From positions 248,001 to 312,000 of the IMG/VR virus record IMGVR_UViG_3300046517_002304: a stretch of 64,000 bases of DNA, one strand, 5' to 3'. The stretch's first letter is position 1. Every line of letters begins with the position of its first letter. Position numbers and translations under genes: made by a program. This document shows positions 9,844 through 18,933 of this stretch, piece by piece. The notes under the pieces are model-generated. The model ran no database searches, was not told the origin of the DNA, and was given only the letters and a program-made list of their open reading frames with translations.

Positions 9844-10091
9844 TAATCTTCCCACCCTTGATTAAACCTGTACGAATACACCCATCTAGCAACTTCATTT
9901 ACGTCTTTTGACTTAGTAGGAACAAAGAACGTGGACCCATTTGATCGGTAGATCTCTATTCTTTTTTTATTCGTGTCAAACTTTGCCGCTAAGTTGTTGT
10001 TATTTTTATTAGTGAACCAATACAACTGTGGGAAATCAGTAATATTATACGGAGGCTTGTTATTAACAGTGATTTTTACGGTTGCTTTCAT
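9843..10091 (-). CDS. MKAEVKI-family protein
   Basis: MKATVKIT...YSYRFNQGWE. Confidence 0.85.
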   Translation of the reverse strand: MKATVKITVNNKPPYNITDFPQLYWFTNKNNNNLAAKFDTNKKRIEIYRSNGSTFFVPTKSKDVNEVARWVYSYRFNQGWED

Positions 10092-10336
10092 AATTCCCAT
10101 CCTTGCACTGTTCTATAACTGTGTAGCCAAATCCCCGCTTCATCTACGTTAGTATTCGACCACCCGACAGTAATATTCTTTCCATTTGGAGGGAATATCA
10201 ATAGTCTACTGCCTAAAAACAATTTACCGTATATAGAAGATCCATCAGGTGGCGCGAACCAAACTTGGCCTTCTGCAACATAATGTGCCATATACGGATG
10301 TTTTTTATTAATAAAAATTTTGATTTCAGCTTTCAT
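10088..10336 (-). CDS. MKAEVKI-family protein
   Basis: MKAEIKI...LHSYRTVQGWE. Confidence 0.85.
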   Translation of the reverse strand: MKAEIKIFINKKHPYMAHYVAEGQVWFAPPDGSSIYGKLFLGSRLLIFPPNGKNITVGWSNTNVDEAGIWLHSYRTVQGWEL

Positions 10337-10581
10337 TAACCTTCCCACCCTTGCGCTACGCGATAGTTGTATAGGTAGTTTCCTATTTCATCTATGTCTA
10401 CGCTTGATGTACCAATGGTAATTTCATTTCCAACAGGCGAAAACATTACCATTTTGACTCCGAGCAAGAATTTACCGAATACGACATCGCCGTTAGTAAA
10501 CCAAACTTGTTTATCAGAGTAATGGTACTTCTTATAAGGATGCTTGTTATTAATAACGGTGATTTCTACAGATGCCTTCAT
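10336..10581 (-). CDS. MKAEVKI-family protein
   Basis: MKASVEI...YNYRVAQGWE. Confidence 0.85.
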   Translation of the reverse strand: MKASVEITVINNKHPYKKYHYSDKQVWFTNGDVVFGKFLLGVKMVMFSPVGNEITIGTSSVDIDEIGNYLYNYRVAQGWEG

Positions 10582-10829
10582 GGTTGCTCCCATCCCTGCT
10601 CTACTCTGTAGCGATGAATCAAATTTCCTGCATATTCTACGTCCGTACACATAGTAGAAACAATGATGCCTCCTCCTTTTGGAGGACATATCACTATTTT
10701 ACTGCCCCAAAAGAGCTTGCCGAATACCTTGTTTCCGTTCGGTGACGTAAACCAGGTTTGGAATTCGGAATATTGAAGTAAACCGTACGGATGTTTTTTA
10801 CCAATTGTTATTTTTACTTCAGCTTTCAT
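10578..10829 (-). CDS. MKAEVKI-family protein
   Basis: MKAEVKITIG...HRYRVEQGWE. Confidence 0.85.
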   Translation of the reverse strand: MKAEVKITIGKKHPYGLLQYSEFQTWFTSPNGNKVFGKLFWGSKIVICPPKGGGIIVSTMCTDVEYAGNLIHRYRVEQGWEQP

Positions 10830-11074
10830 TCCAATCCTTTTTTCAGCCGGATGAAATAAATCGCTCTGCCAACGTCATCTATTGTATCTTGCGTTTTAGT
10901 CTTAAATATCGCTACGGCCTTACTTTCTCCAAAGCAAGCATGCGCAACTGAAATTCTGGCGAAATATTTGCCGACTAATTTATTTTCATTATTTCTAAAC
11001 TCTATTCTGCGAGGTCCATCATAAGCCCATTTATATGGATGTTTTAGAACAGAGATAATTACGGACGCTTTCAT
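10826..11074 (-). CDS. MKAEVKI-family protein (first gene of operon)
   Basis: MKASVII...IRLKKGLE. Confidence 0.85.
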   Translation of the reverse strand: MKASVIISVLKHPYKWAYDGPRRIEFRNNENKLVGKYFARISVAHACFGESKAVAIFKTKTQDTIDDVGRAIYFIRLKKGLE

Positions 11075-11083
11075 GATTTCACC

Positions 11084-11112
11084 ACAATACCATAAAACCC
11101 CTGTAGAGTCAA
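11084..11112 (-). promoter_or_regulatory. Sigma70-type promoter for the MKAEVKI array
   Basis: TTGACT-17 nt-TATTGT, ending 9 nt before ATG 11074. Confidence 0.7.
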
Positions 11113-11425
11113 TAGGATTTTTTCCTGGTATTTTTGGGAAAACCCCTTGTGGCGATAAAGGGTATTTCCTGGATTTTTTTGAAATGGCCGAATGCGGAAA
11201 ATGTCCCTGAATGTTTATTAAAATGGCAGGGTGCCGGATGAATATGGAACCTTTAAATACCCCTTATGTTTCTAAAGGGGCGGGGTACCGGGAAAATAAA
11301 AGATGAGGGGAATGAGGATGGCTGTCCTGGTGGCGTAGCCCCCCATCTTACTCAGACCCCCCACATGTTCCGGAAGATAATTTATAGCAGCAAGGTTCTG
11401 CTACCAGTTATCCCTAGAGCATGTC

Positions 11426-11647
11426 CTACGCTGCGGTAGGGATGAACTCCTGATACCCGCTCTGTCTATCCAACGCAACCGCTACCTCTCCCGCACTCAC
11501 CGTCAAGTCCCCATGAACCTTGCCCCCTACCAGCACCCGCTTGGTATCCCGCAGTCCCACACTCCAGTGGTGGCAGCAGGTCAGCCCGCTCTCCCTGTCC
11601 CGCACGTAGACCAGACCATTCGGCAGCAGCTCGGCAGTCAGCATCAT
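11426..11647 (-). CDS. Hypothetical protein
   Basis: SD AGGAG; octamer upstream. Confidence 0.7.
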   Translation of the reverse strand: MMLTAELLPNGLVYVRDRESGLTCCHHWSVGLRDTKRVLVGGKVHGDLTVSAGEVAVALDRQSGYQEFIPTAA

Positions 11648-11668
11648 ACTTGGCTCTCCTTACAACCA

Positions 11669-11899
11669 TTAAAGGATAACTAACTGATCCGTGAACGTGT
11701 TCAGCGTGCCTGTCCCGCCCGATGCCCGGTAAGCCTCCCAGCATCGGGCCGCATAGACGACTTGCCCCAGCGAAACGAATGGCAGCCTCTTGCTGGCTTC
11801 CCGCTGGAACTCAGCCGCCTGCTGCCGATTGAACAGGCGAACTAACTCAACCCCGCCGGGCACCTTACGCAAGGCAAGTTGCGACGTTATCCGCATCAT
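11669..11899 (-). CDS. Hypothetical protein
   Basis: Start at MMRITS with AAGGGG SD. Confidence 0.6.
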   Translation of the reverse strand: MMRITSQLALRKVPGGVELVRLFNRQQAAEFQREASKRLPFVSLGQVVYAARCWEAYRASGGTGTLNTFTDQLVIL

Positions 11900-12108
11900 G
11901 GGCAACCCCCTTAATAATAAACAAACAGGTGAACAGGTGTATAGAAAGGCCCACCCGCGGCGTAGATTGAAACGCACGCGGGGGGCGGTAGCAGCTCTAC
12001 TTCCTCATTCCCTGAATGACCGCGATGACGCCCGCAAAGTAGTAGGGGGTTGCTTCCGTCATGTTACTCTCCTGTAAGAGGTCGGGGATACAGAAGGGTA
12101 GGGATAAC

Positions 12109-12372
12109 TCAGGTCGTAAAGGTTCCGTCCGCGAACGTCTGGAGAATCTGGACTTTCTTATCGTGGTTGCCGTCGTCGGCTTTGCGGTTAACCGTCAGTT
12201 CCGCCAGGGTCGCTTCTCCCGCGTTCTGATAGGCGGGAAGGAATTCCTTTACCCATTGCTTGAAGTGAGTCTCAGCGGCGTGTAGAGCGTGCCCAGGCGT
12301 AGCATCGTTGAAGACGACAATCCCTTGAACAATCTGGCGAACCATTTTGAGGACGACGTAAGAATAAATCAC
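12109..12372 (-). CDS. Hypothetical protein
   Basis: SD AGGAG; stop in octamer. Confidence 0.7.
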   Translation of the reverse strand: MIYSYVVLKMVRQIVQGIVVFNDATPGHALHAAETHFKQWVKEFLPAYQNAGEATLAELTVNRKADDGNHDKKVQILQTFADGTFTT

Positions 12373-12381
12373 GATGACTCC

Positions 12382-12591
12382 TTAGAGGGCGGTATAAACC
12401 CAGCCTGAATCGGGCCGACTATTCCAACGGTCAATCAGCTTCAGGAAATCTTGCCGATTGTAACAGTAAACGGTCTTCTCTCCGTCATGGTTGCCGTTGC
12501 CGTTGTACCGAATCCAGTGGTAGCGAAATTGTCGCATGCCAATATGATCGTTGCGGGAATACCAGACGTTGGCTGACGAATCGTGTTCCAT
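12382..12591 (-). CDS. Hypothetical protein
   Basis: Tightly packed ORF. Confidence 0.65.
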   Translation of the reverse strand: MEHDSSANVWYSRNDHIGMRQFRYHWIRYNGNGNHDGEKTVYCYNRQDFLKLIDRWNSRPDSGWVYTAL

Positions 12592-12593
12592 AA

Positions 12594-12791
12594 CTACGCC
12601 CAGGGACTTGACTTGATACGATTTTCGGCGGCTCGCAAAACGGCTGGCGTGCCAGTAAGACGATGGATAACTTCCTTCGCCTCTGCCTTTGTCATGCCGC
12701 CGATCATTCCGAGAATGCCATCGGGCATGTTCAGCGTTTTGCGGGCAACGCGGAGCTGGTGCTTTTCAGGGATACTTAGTTGTCGTGCCAT
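12594..12791 (-). CDS. Hypothetical protein
   Basis: ATG 10 nt after octamer. Confidence 0.7.
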   Translation of the reverse strand: MARQLSIPEKHQLRVARKTLNMPDGILGMIGGMTKAEAKEVIHRLTGTPAVLRAAENRIKSSPWA

Positions 12792-12801
12792 GCGGGGTAA
12801 T

Positions 12802-12949
12802 GGATAACTGCTCCCCGGCTAGTTATCCATATCTTAGGTACAGGGGAAACTATAAGAGTTAATAATTATAGTATCAGTACTTTAGCTATGGATAACTTAG
12901 AGGATCTCCGGGTAACGAAAACAGGGGGGACTTTCCCCCCTAGTTATCC
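12802..12949. repeat. Long intergenic element copy 1 (octamer pair + 77-bp IR-bounded unit + terminator)
   Basis: AGTTATCCATATCTTAGGTAC...TATGGATAACT then G6/C6 hairpin with A-tract. Confidence 0.8.
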
Positions 12950-12953
12950 CTGA

Positions 12954-13205
12954 TTAGTATTCGTCGAAGAATCCGTAGTCTTCGTCGGTCCCCATTCCGG
13001 CGCTGGTCATGGCCGAATCGTGGTCGCCATCCATATCTTCGCCGGGAATGTGGTCGTCGTCGGTCTGCTCTTCGTCTTCCAGAATTCCGACAGAGAGGAA
13101 CAGGCCAGTGGCAGCGTATGCCCGTACCAGCTTGACCGCTTCCTCTTCCGTGGCGACAACGTGCTCATGGCTGGCATTTTGCGTGCGACAGACGACAACT
13201 GGCAT
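12954..13205 (-). CDS. Hypothetical protein with acidic DGDHDSAMTSAG.GTDEDYG tail
   Basis: SD ACAGGAG before MPVVV. Confidence 0.7.
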   Translation of the reverse strand: MPVVVCRTQNASHEHVVATEEEAVKLVRAYAATGLFLSVGILEDEEQTDDDHIPGEDMDGDHDSAMTSAGMGTDEDYGFFDEY

Positions 13206-13254
13206 AGTCCTGTCTCCTGTAAGGGGGGTGCTGAATATAACAGGAGATGGATAA

Positions 13255-13467
13255 CTACGATTTGGCGAAACCGGCTCCGAGCGTCGTTTCAAATTCCCCG
13301 GCGGTCTTGCGGGTTTCGTGGTCCCAGATATAGCCGTAATCCATGTTCGGGCGATTCTGGAATTCGGCGAGGATACGACGGGCCTGTTCCATGCTTTCGG
13401 CGGGCAGAAACGAGATTGACGGCTTGCCCGGCGAAATTTTGCGATGGCCCACGACGGTGAGTTTCAT
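13255..13467 (-). CDS. Hypothetical protein
   Basis: Stop in octamer; AAGGA SD. Confidence 0.7.
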   Translation of the reverse strand: MKLTVVGHRKISPGKPSISFLPAESMEQARRILAEFQNRPNMDYGYIWDHETRKTAGEFETTLGAGFAKS

Positions 13468-13519
13468 AATTCGTTATCCTTTCAAAAATCGGGTGAAACT
13501 TACAACCGACTACGGATAA

Positions 13520-13717
13520 CTAACGGCTAATGCTCCCCGCGAGAAATCGCGTAAAGGGGTTGTGTGTCGTTTGCTGGATTTCTTCGAGGTCGGCCTTTGT
13601 TTCAGCGGCGATTCCCGATATGCGGGCATTGTCGGCGGCTGACATTTGATTTTTGTATCGGCGGGCGATTGACGTTACCTGAGTCAATGCCCGCAAGAGG
13701 TCAATCTGATCCCTCAT
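13520..13717 (-). CDS. Hypothetical protein
   Basis: ATGA-coupled; stop in octamer. Confidence 0.65.
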   Translation of the reverse strand: MRDQIDLLRALTQVTSIARRYKNQMSAADNARISGIAAETKADLEEIQQTTHNPFTRFLAGSISR

Positions 13718-14047
13718 TCTTGCATCGCTGCGATTGCAGCGGCCTTTCTAGTTCTCTGCCTACGCGGGCGGGTATCGTGAACGTGATGAGCGGTGCGGGT
13801 TTGATGACCGATAGCTACGTCAAGGTAGCCGATTTTTACGATCATCTTACGGGTTGACTTCTGTGCGGGGGTGTGCATAATTTCTAACGGATAACTAAGA
13901 CAGTCCGCACATTTTGCGGCTAAAGGAATTATCACGTTTAGGTGGCCTGAAGGAGAGCCAGGCATTCACGGCAACCCCGCGTGGGATTGGTTAACCCCAT
14001 GAATTGTTGTCCTATTATTCCCGACCCGTTTGCCGGTGCGGATTGTC

Positions 14048-14212
14048 TTAGGCGTCAACTTTCTTGATGTAATTGGATTCGAGATAAGCGTTTTTCATGG
14101 CATCCGTGTGGCCGTTGTCCCAGTGAATGATACACTCACCGTTGAGTTCATGCACCACGGTGCCCTTGAGGCCCTTCTCGTTTTGGAGGCGGTCACCCTT
14201 TTTTACATCCAT
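14048..14212 (-). CDS. Small SH3/KOW-like hypothetical protein
   Basis: SD ACAGGAG; GD....GTV...IHWDNG, similar to neighbour. Confidence 0.6.
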   Translation of the reverse strand: MDVKKGDRLQNEKGLKGTVVHELNGECIIHWDNGHTDAMKNAYLESNYIKKVDA

Positions 14213-14249
14213 TGTATACTCCTGTAAGAGACAAGAGTTAAAGGATAAC

Positions 14250-14459
14250 TCAGGCGGCACGCAATTCTTCAGCAACGCAGCCCTCTTCGTCGCCGTTATC
14301 CCATTGGACAGCGTAAATGCCGATGAAATTTCCCGGCACTCTGGCTACAATTTCGCCCCGCTTTGTTCCGTAATAATCCGTTACCCGTTGGCCGACTTCA
14401 AAAACGTATTGCATATTTGCTCCGAGGGTGCTGGTCGTAGCGAGACGTTTACGCCCCAT
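14250..14459 (-). CDS. Small SH3/KOW-like hypothetical protein
   Basis: FEVGQRV...GEIV...VQWDNG; stop in octamer. Confidence 0.6.
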   Translation of the reverse strand: MGRKRLATTSTLGANMQYVFEVGQRVTDYYGTKRGEIVARVPGNFIGIYAVQWDNGDEEGCVAEELRAA

Positions 14460-14687
14460 CTACTTTAATTCCCCCCACGTTGGAGTCCAGCGTTGCAGCG
14501 CTTACCCAATGGCGGGAGAAACTACAATCAGCGTTCCTAGGGATTACCCAGAAAAGTGAGAACATAGTAAACGAACGCGAAGAATCCGAAAATCAAGCTG
14601 CCGAATACGCCGCAGAAAACGGCCATTTCGGCGAATGGGACAATCCACTTGTCAACGAAGCGGTCCATCATGCCCCTCAAAGGATAA

Positions 14688-15071
14688 CTAACTGACGGTG
14701 TTGACGGTGATCGTCTTACGTCGCTTGCCGTTGAACGGGAGCAAGGTCACGAGAAATTCGTTGTGCCGCACGCCGCGAATGGAGTCAATAAAACCGCGAT
14801 GCTTGTTGTAGTAGAAGAGCCCGCCCTCAGACAGCTTTGCCATGAGCTGGCCGTTTGTCAGATTGCCGGGGGTCGGTTTGTTGCCGTCGTCGTTAATCAG
14901 CTTGACGATTTTCGGGATGACATCGTTATCCAAAAGACATGCTGAATCGCAGCGACTTTCAACGTCTGTCGGGTAGTTACAAACAATGTCCAGACTTTCG
15001 CCATACCGCCCGCCGATTTCAGTAAGGCGGATAATGCGATTGTCGTTAGTGATTTGGTTGTCGGCTCTCAT
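14688..15071 (-). CDS. Hypothetical protein
   Basis: Octamer-bounded ORF. Confidence 0.7.
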   Translation of the reverse strand: MRADNQITNDNRIIRLTEIGGRYGESLDIVCNYPTDVESRCDSACLLDNDVIPKIVKLINDDGNKPTPGNLTNGQLMAKLSEGGLFYYNKHRGFIDSIRGVRHNEFLVTLLPFNGKRRKTITVNTVS

Positions 15072-15105
15072 AATCGTTGTACCCTTTCAGGAACTAACGG
15101 ATAAC

Positions 15106-15345
15106 TTAGACCGCTTCCCCCCGACCGATCAGCCAATACCTATACTGGCCGTTCCGATATTCAATGACTGCGGAGCGGTCAATGTGGCTGGCATGGGTGA
15201 ACGCATGGTCGCGGCAATCGGCGAAACTGAAATCGGCAAGGCTTGGATTGACGACGAAGTAGTCAACGGCGATTGATTTGGGAGGAGCTGGCTTTGGCGG
15301 CGGGGACCATGAGCGGCGGTAGCCGTAATCGGTATATGGGTTCAT
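15106..15345 (-). CDS. Hypothetical protein
   Basis: ATG 10 nt after octamer; stop in octamer. Confidence 0.7.
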   Translation of the reverse strand: MNPYTDYGYRRSWSPPPKPAPPKSIAVDYFVVNPSLADFSFADCRDHAFTHASHIDRSAVIEYRNGQYRYWLIGRGEAV

Positions 15346-15355
15346 GGTTGTTAAT

Positions 15356-15510
15356 GGATAACTGCGGGGTGGGCTAGTTATCCATATCTTAGGTACGGGG
15401 AGAGTTTTGTTGTACTAGGATTTAACTAGTAGGTACCTAAGATATGGATAACTCTGGCGGTACGTGGCGAAAAGAAAAAACGCTCCCGTTTCGGGGAGCG
15501 TTAGTTATCC
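15356..15510. repeat. Long intergenic element copy 2 (perfect 21-bp IR, 15376-15396 / 15433-15453)
   Basis: AGTTATCCATATCTTAGGTAC and exact reverse complement; terminator at 15475-15502. Confidence 0.85.
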
Positions 15511-15521
15511 TTAGCTTTGGT

Positions 15522-15890
15522 CTATCGCAGATACTCGGGACCGTATTCGTTCATCCGTCCCATGCCCTTGCTGACGTCGTAGATGTTTCCTCTGGCGTGC
15601 TTCGCGGGGGCTTTCCACGTTGCGGGTTTCAGAATGTCGCCGTTGGCCTTGACGATGAAAGCGAAAGCTGAACCCCTGCAATCTCTGGCCCGTTCGCTGG
15701 CCCGCGATTTCCAGATGCGGACGTATTTGTTGCCGGGATCTTGGATCAACTCCTCCCGCTCCAGGGTCGGGAAGTGAGCCGCCATGTATTCATCAATTTT
15801 CTTCTGGTTATCCGCAACCCATTCCGTCAGTCGCTTCTGAAAGGTCGCGGCCTGTTCGTCGGCATGTCGCTGCAATTCGGCGGCATCCAT
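15522..15890 (-). CDS. Phage hypothetical protein (GDILKPATWKAPAKHARGNI motif)
   Basis: SD CAGGAG; motif familiar from T4-like phage hypotheticals. Confidence 0.75.
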   Translation of the reverse strand: MDAAELQRHADEQAATFQKRLTEWVADNQKKIDEYMAAHFPTLEREELIQDPGNKYVRIWKSRASERARDCRGSAFAFIVKANGDILKPATWKAPAKHARGNIYDVSKGMGRMNEYGPEYLR

Positions 15891-16320
15891 TGTATACTCC
15901 TGAGTAAGGTTGACAATGGGGAATGGATAACTAGCTGACCCGCACCAAGGCCCCACCGTTGCGAATGTCATGCCACGCGAAGCGAATGCCGTGCCGATCC
16001 AAAAATTCGGCGAAGCGAATTGCTCCCAGCGGGTGATTGAACAGGAACGAACGACCGATCCGACGAAAGCTAAGTTTATCCATCTGAGTTATCCTCTTGA
16101 GGAAAATGGACTCACTCTGGATTACGGATAACTAAACGTGCGGCATGTCGTGTGGAGTCAGTATTGCCCACCGGGCTAGGTGGTCCCGCTCCCAGTCTAT
16201 ACGCCGAACGCCTAGTTATAAAAACGAATGGATAACTAAGCAAGTGAGGACGCCAAAATCGTTTTGTCCCTTTCGGAAGATTGCCGATCTGGCTATGTCT
16301 CTTGCCTAGTTATCCGTAGC

Positions 16321-16518
16321 TTAGTTCTGGCGATACTTCGCAATCGCCGAGGCCATCGCGTCGTCAACGGTGCTGCCAGCGGCTACTGCTTCGCGGGTTT
16401 CGCTGAAGATTTTGCTGAGGTCAAACATCATCACCTCAACGCCGTTCCCAAGGCGGCTGTAGGCGTTGTCAATGCTGTCGTCCAACTGCTTTTCGGCTTT
16501 CGTCCTACGTTTCGCCAC
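16321..16518 (-). CDS. Hypothetical protein
   Basis: GTG start with ACAGGAG SD. Confidence 0.65.
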   Translation of the reverse strand: MAKRRTKAEKQLDDSIDNAYSRLGNGVEVMMFDLSKIFSETREAVAAGSTVDDAMASAIAKYRQN

Positions 16519-16561
16519 GATACTCTCCTGTAAGGGGTGACTGATGAGAGTTAAAGGATAA

Positions 16562-16849
16562 CTAGCCGACAGTGAACAGCGGTCGGGTGTATTCCGCCAT
16601 GACCGCCTTATCACTCTGGCGAACGATACGGGCAGCGGAAACTGTCGTCGGGCCGAGATGTTTGTTGCCGCCGGTGCGAGTTGATTCCTCAAAAGCAGCG
16701 ACGTATTTCCGCAAGTTATCCGCAGTCGGTTGACCGTCGCCAGGGACTTGCTCTTGCGGCGATTTTCGCAGTCGCCATTCGCAAGGCGTGTAGATGAAGC
16801 CGGGAACCTTAATCTCAACCGTGAAAGGAATCGCTCTTGATCGTCCCAT
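16562..16849 (-). CDS. Hypothetical protein
   Basis: SD ACAGGAG; stop in octamer. Confidence 0.75.
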   Translation of the reverse strand: MGRSRAIPFTVEIKVPGFIYTPCEWRLRKSPQEQVPGDGQPTADNLRKYVAAFEESTRTGGNKHLGPTTVSAARIVRQSDKAVMAEYTRPLFTVG

Positions 16850-16884
16850 GATAATCTCCTGTTAAGACAGGGAGAAATGGATAA

Positions 16885-17094
16885 CTATTCGCTGATTGTT
16901 TGCGTGTAGGGGATTTCCCCTAATGATTGGAGAATTTCCTCCGCAAGCACATTGCCGGCGTCAGCTCTGAGTTTCAACCCGCCGGCGATCAAGGCAAGTT
17001 TTCCGAGCGACAGGCCAGTAATTTCGTAAAGGTCGTACGCTCCCTTGATTAGTCCCTTAGTTTTCGTCAGTCCTAGCTTTTGCCCTTTCTTCAT
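16885..17094 (-). CDS. Hypothetical protein
   Basis: SD ACAGGAG; stop in octamer. Confidence 0.7.
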   Translation of the reverse strand: MKKGQKLGLTKTKGLIKGAYDLYEITGLSLGKLALIAGGLKLRADAGNVLAEEILQSLGEIPYTQTISE

Positions 17095-17271
17095 GGTATC
17101 TCCTGTGAGAGAAAATTATAAGACTGCCCGTGTTTTCGTCCGCGACAGCACCGCAATGCCGCCAACTGCCTCACCGACCGTTGCCGGGTAATCCGTGGTC
17201 TAGAACACACGACGTTCTACTTCCACGGGCCAGGTTTAGGAGCCTGTTGTCTTACGGTCGGATATGGATAA

Positions 17272-17463
17272 CTAGATGATCGGCATTGAAACCGTGCTGC
17301 CCTTGATTTCCGTGTCAACGATCTTGATATGATTGTTCGGACAATCCAAAGTGAAATTGTAGTCACAATCGGTCGCTGCCATATCGCCCGCGACTTCAGG
17401 TGAAAATACGTGCGGGTGTTCAATGTCAACCGCGACGACAAAGTAAACGCGGGATTTCAGCAT
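17272..17463 (-). CDS. Hypothetical protein
   Basis: SD AAGGAG; stop in octamer. Confidence 0.7.
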   Translation of the reverse strand: MLKSRVYFVVAVDIEHPHVFSPEVAGDMAATDCDYNFTLDCPNNHIKIVDTEIKGSTVSMPII

Positions 17464-17472
17464 GACGCTCCT

Positions 17473-17850
17473 TTATTCGTTTGAGTAACTCAAATCGTCG
17501 CTTGGCTGAAGTTGATTCCAGATATGCCCGCAATTTTCGCATGATTCACCATGCAACGCGGACTCAGGAATCGGCTCTTGACAGTCGGGACATTCGCCCT
17601 TATCATATTCGTTTCGGACGAGATCAGACGGAACCCAAGTCAGACGTTTGGGGAATGGTTTTTTATCACGGAAGCAAAGGATTCGTAAATCGCCCGATGC
17701 CTGACTTTTTGCAGAGGCAAGCGTAGGTGCCCAGTCCTGCCGATTAGTCCCGACTTTGTAACTCCAAAATGGAACAATGCCAGGCGTAGCAATCGGTTGC
17801 TGCCAGATTGTGCATTCGTAGTTCAGGTGTTTGGCGGTATACTGGAGCAT
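17473..17850 (-). CDS. Protein with C-terminal CxxC-CxxC zinc ribbon
   Basis: CPDC...CENC; ATG 10 nt after octamer. Confidence 0.7.
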   Translation of the reverse strand: MLQYTAKHLNYECTIWQQPIATPGIVPFWSYKVGTNRQDWAPTLASAKSQASGDLRILCFRDKKPFPKRLTWVPSDLVRNEYDKGECPDCQEPIPESALHGESCENCGHIWNQLQPSDDLSYSNE

Positions 17851-17860
17851 ACGATTTAAT

Positions 17861-18003
17861 GGATAACTCATCGCCGCCTAGTTATCCATATCTTAGGTAC
17901 GCAGAGAGTTTTGTTGTACTAGGATTTAACTAGTAGGTACTCTAGCTATGGATAACTAGACCTATCAGCTAGGCCAAAAAAATTGGCCCGGGTTTTCCGG
18001 GCC
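17861..18003. repeat. Long intergenic element copy 3
   Basis: 78-bp unit 17880-17957 near-identical to 15376-15453; terminator hairpin follows. Confidence 0.85.
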
Positions 18004-18282
18004 TTGTCCTATTCACCTTGCAGGTTATCCCCCTGATAAGCGGCGTAGCTCTTCTCATCGTGCCAAGTCAGCTTGACCGCACGGCAGGTCGTGAAATCGT
18101 GGTTCCAGAAAAAATCGTAATAGCGGGGGGTGAGATTTCGGTGTTCCCCGCGAGCAAATTGCTCCGCAGTGAATTCAATCATACCGGTTATCCTTTTAAT
18201 CGGGTGAAACTTACAACCGATTACGGATAACTAGAATGACCCTCCCTAGGTATCACTAGGGAGGGTCGGAGGGACGAACGCA

Positions 18283-18753
18283 TCAGGCAGCGGACTTGTC
18301 GGTCTTCTTCTTCGCGGGTTTCTTCGCAGCGACGGCTTTCGTCTTCGCGGCACGCGGCTTGCGGGGTTTGGCGGGTTTCGGGGTTTCGGCGACAGGTGCC
18401 GGCGGTTCAGGGGCGAGCGGTTCAACGGTCGGGGCGTCGTCCACCACAACGGCAGGCTTTCGCTTGCGTTGACGCGGGGCGGTCGGAAGGGCGACGGATT
18501 CGCCAACGGTCGGGATGATCTTTTCGCAGTCCAGTTGCACGCGGACACAATCGGTATCGTGATAGACTTCCAGCACCTTGCACTGAATGCCCATCCAGAC
18601 AGCGGCGGCCAGGCGGAAGAGATTCAGTCGGCCCTTATGGTCGCGGGACAACTCAACGCCGGTGATCGTGGTATCCTTTCGGTCACGAAACTTCAACTGC
18701 GGTTCTACCACCACTTCGCGGGGCTTTTCCTGTTCCTCAACTTCCATACGCAT
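18283..18753 (-). CDS. Protein with Pro/Lys/Ala-rich histone-like tail
   Basis: KPAKPRKPRAAKTKAVAAKKPAKKK. Confidence 0.7.
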   Translation of the reverse strand: MRMEVEEQEKPREVVVEPQLKFRDRKDTTITGVELSRDHKGRLNLFRLAAAVWMGIQCKVLEVYHDTDCVRVQLDCEKIIPTVGESVALPTAPRQRKRKPAVVVDDAPTVEPLAPEPPAPVAETPKPAKPRKPRAAKTKAVAAKKPAKKKTDKSAA

Positions 18754-18933
18754 CGCATACTCCTTAGAGAAGGGGGATTGTTGATTGTTAAGGGATAACT
18801 AACGCCAGTTAGGTGCCACTTCGGTCAACTGGACTACCTCGCACTCTATAGGACTTCGCGGGTGCATGGACGGTCGCAGGCGATTTCAACAGGCCCGCGT
18901 GCGTCTCGGTTAGTTACAACAATGAATGGATAA

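Larger units (their letters stand above)
2995..11074 (-). repeat. Tandem array of ~26 paralogous small genes (MKAEVKI family)
   Basis: Recurrent ATGAA(A/G)GC starts about every 250-320 bp; ATGA/TAATG overlaps; conserved C-termini. Confidence 0.9.

Noticed and set aside
2995-11074. Diversity-generating retroelement as the source of array variation
   Set aside because: No reverse transcriptase or template/variable repeat pair is visible, and divergence involves all bases and indels.
12099-12109. I-SceI-like site or rRNA fragment (TAGGGATAAC)
   Set aside because: The match stops after the core and there is no surrounding rRNA sequence.
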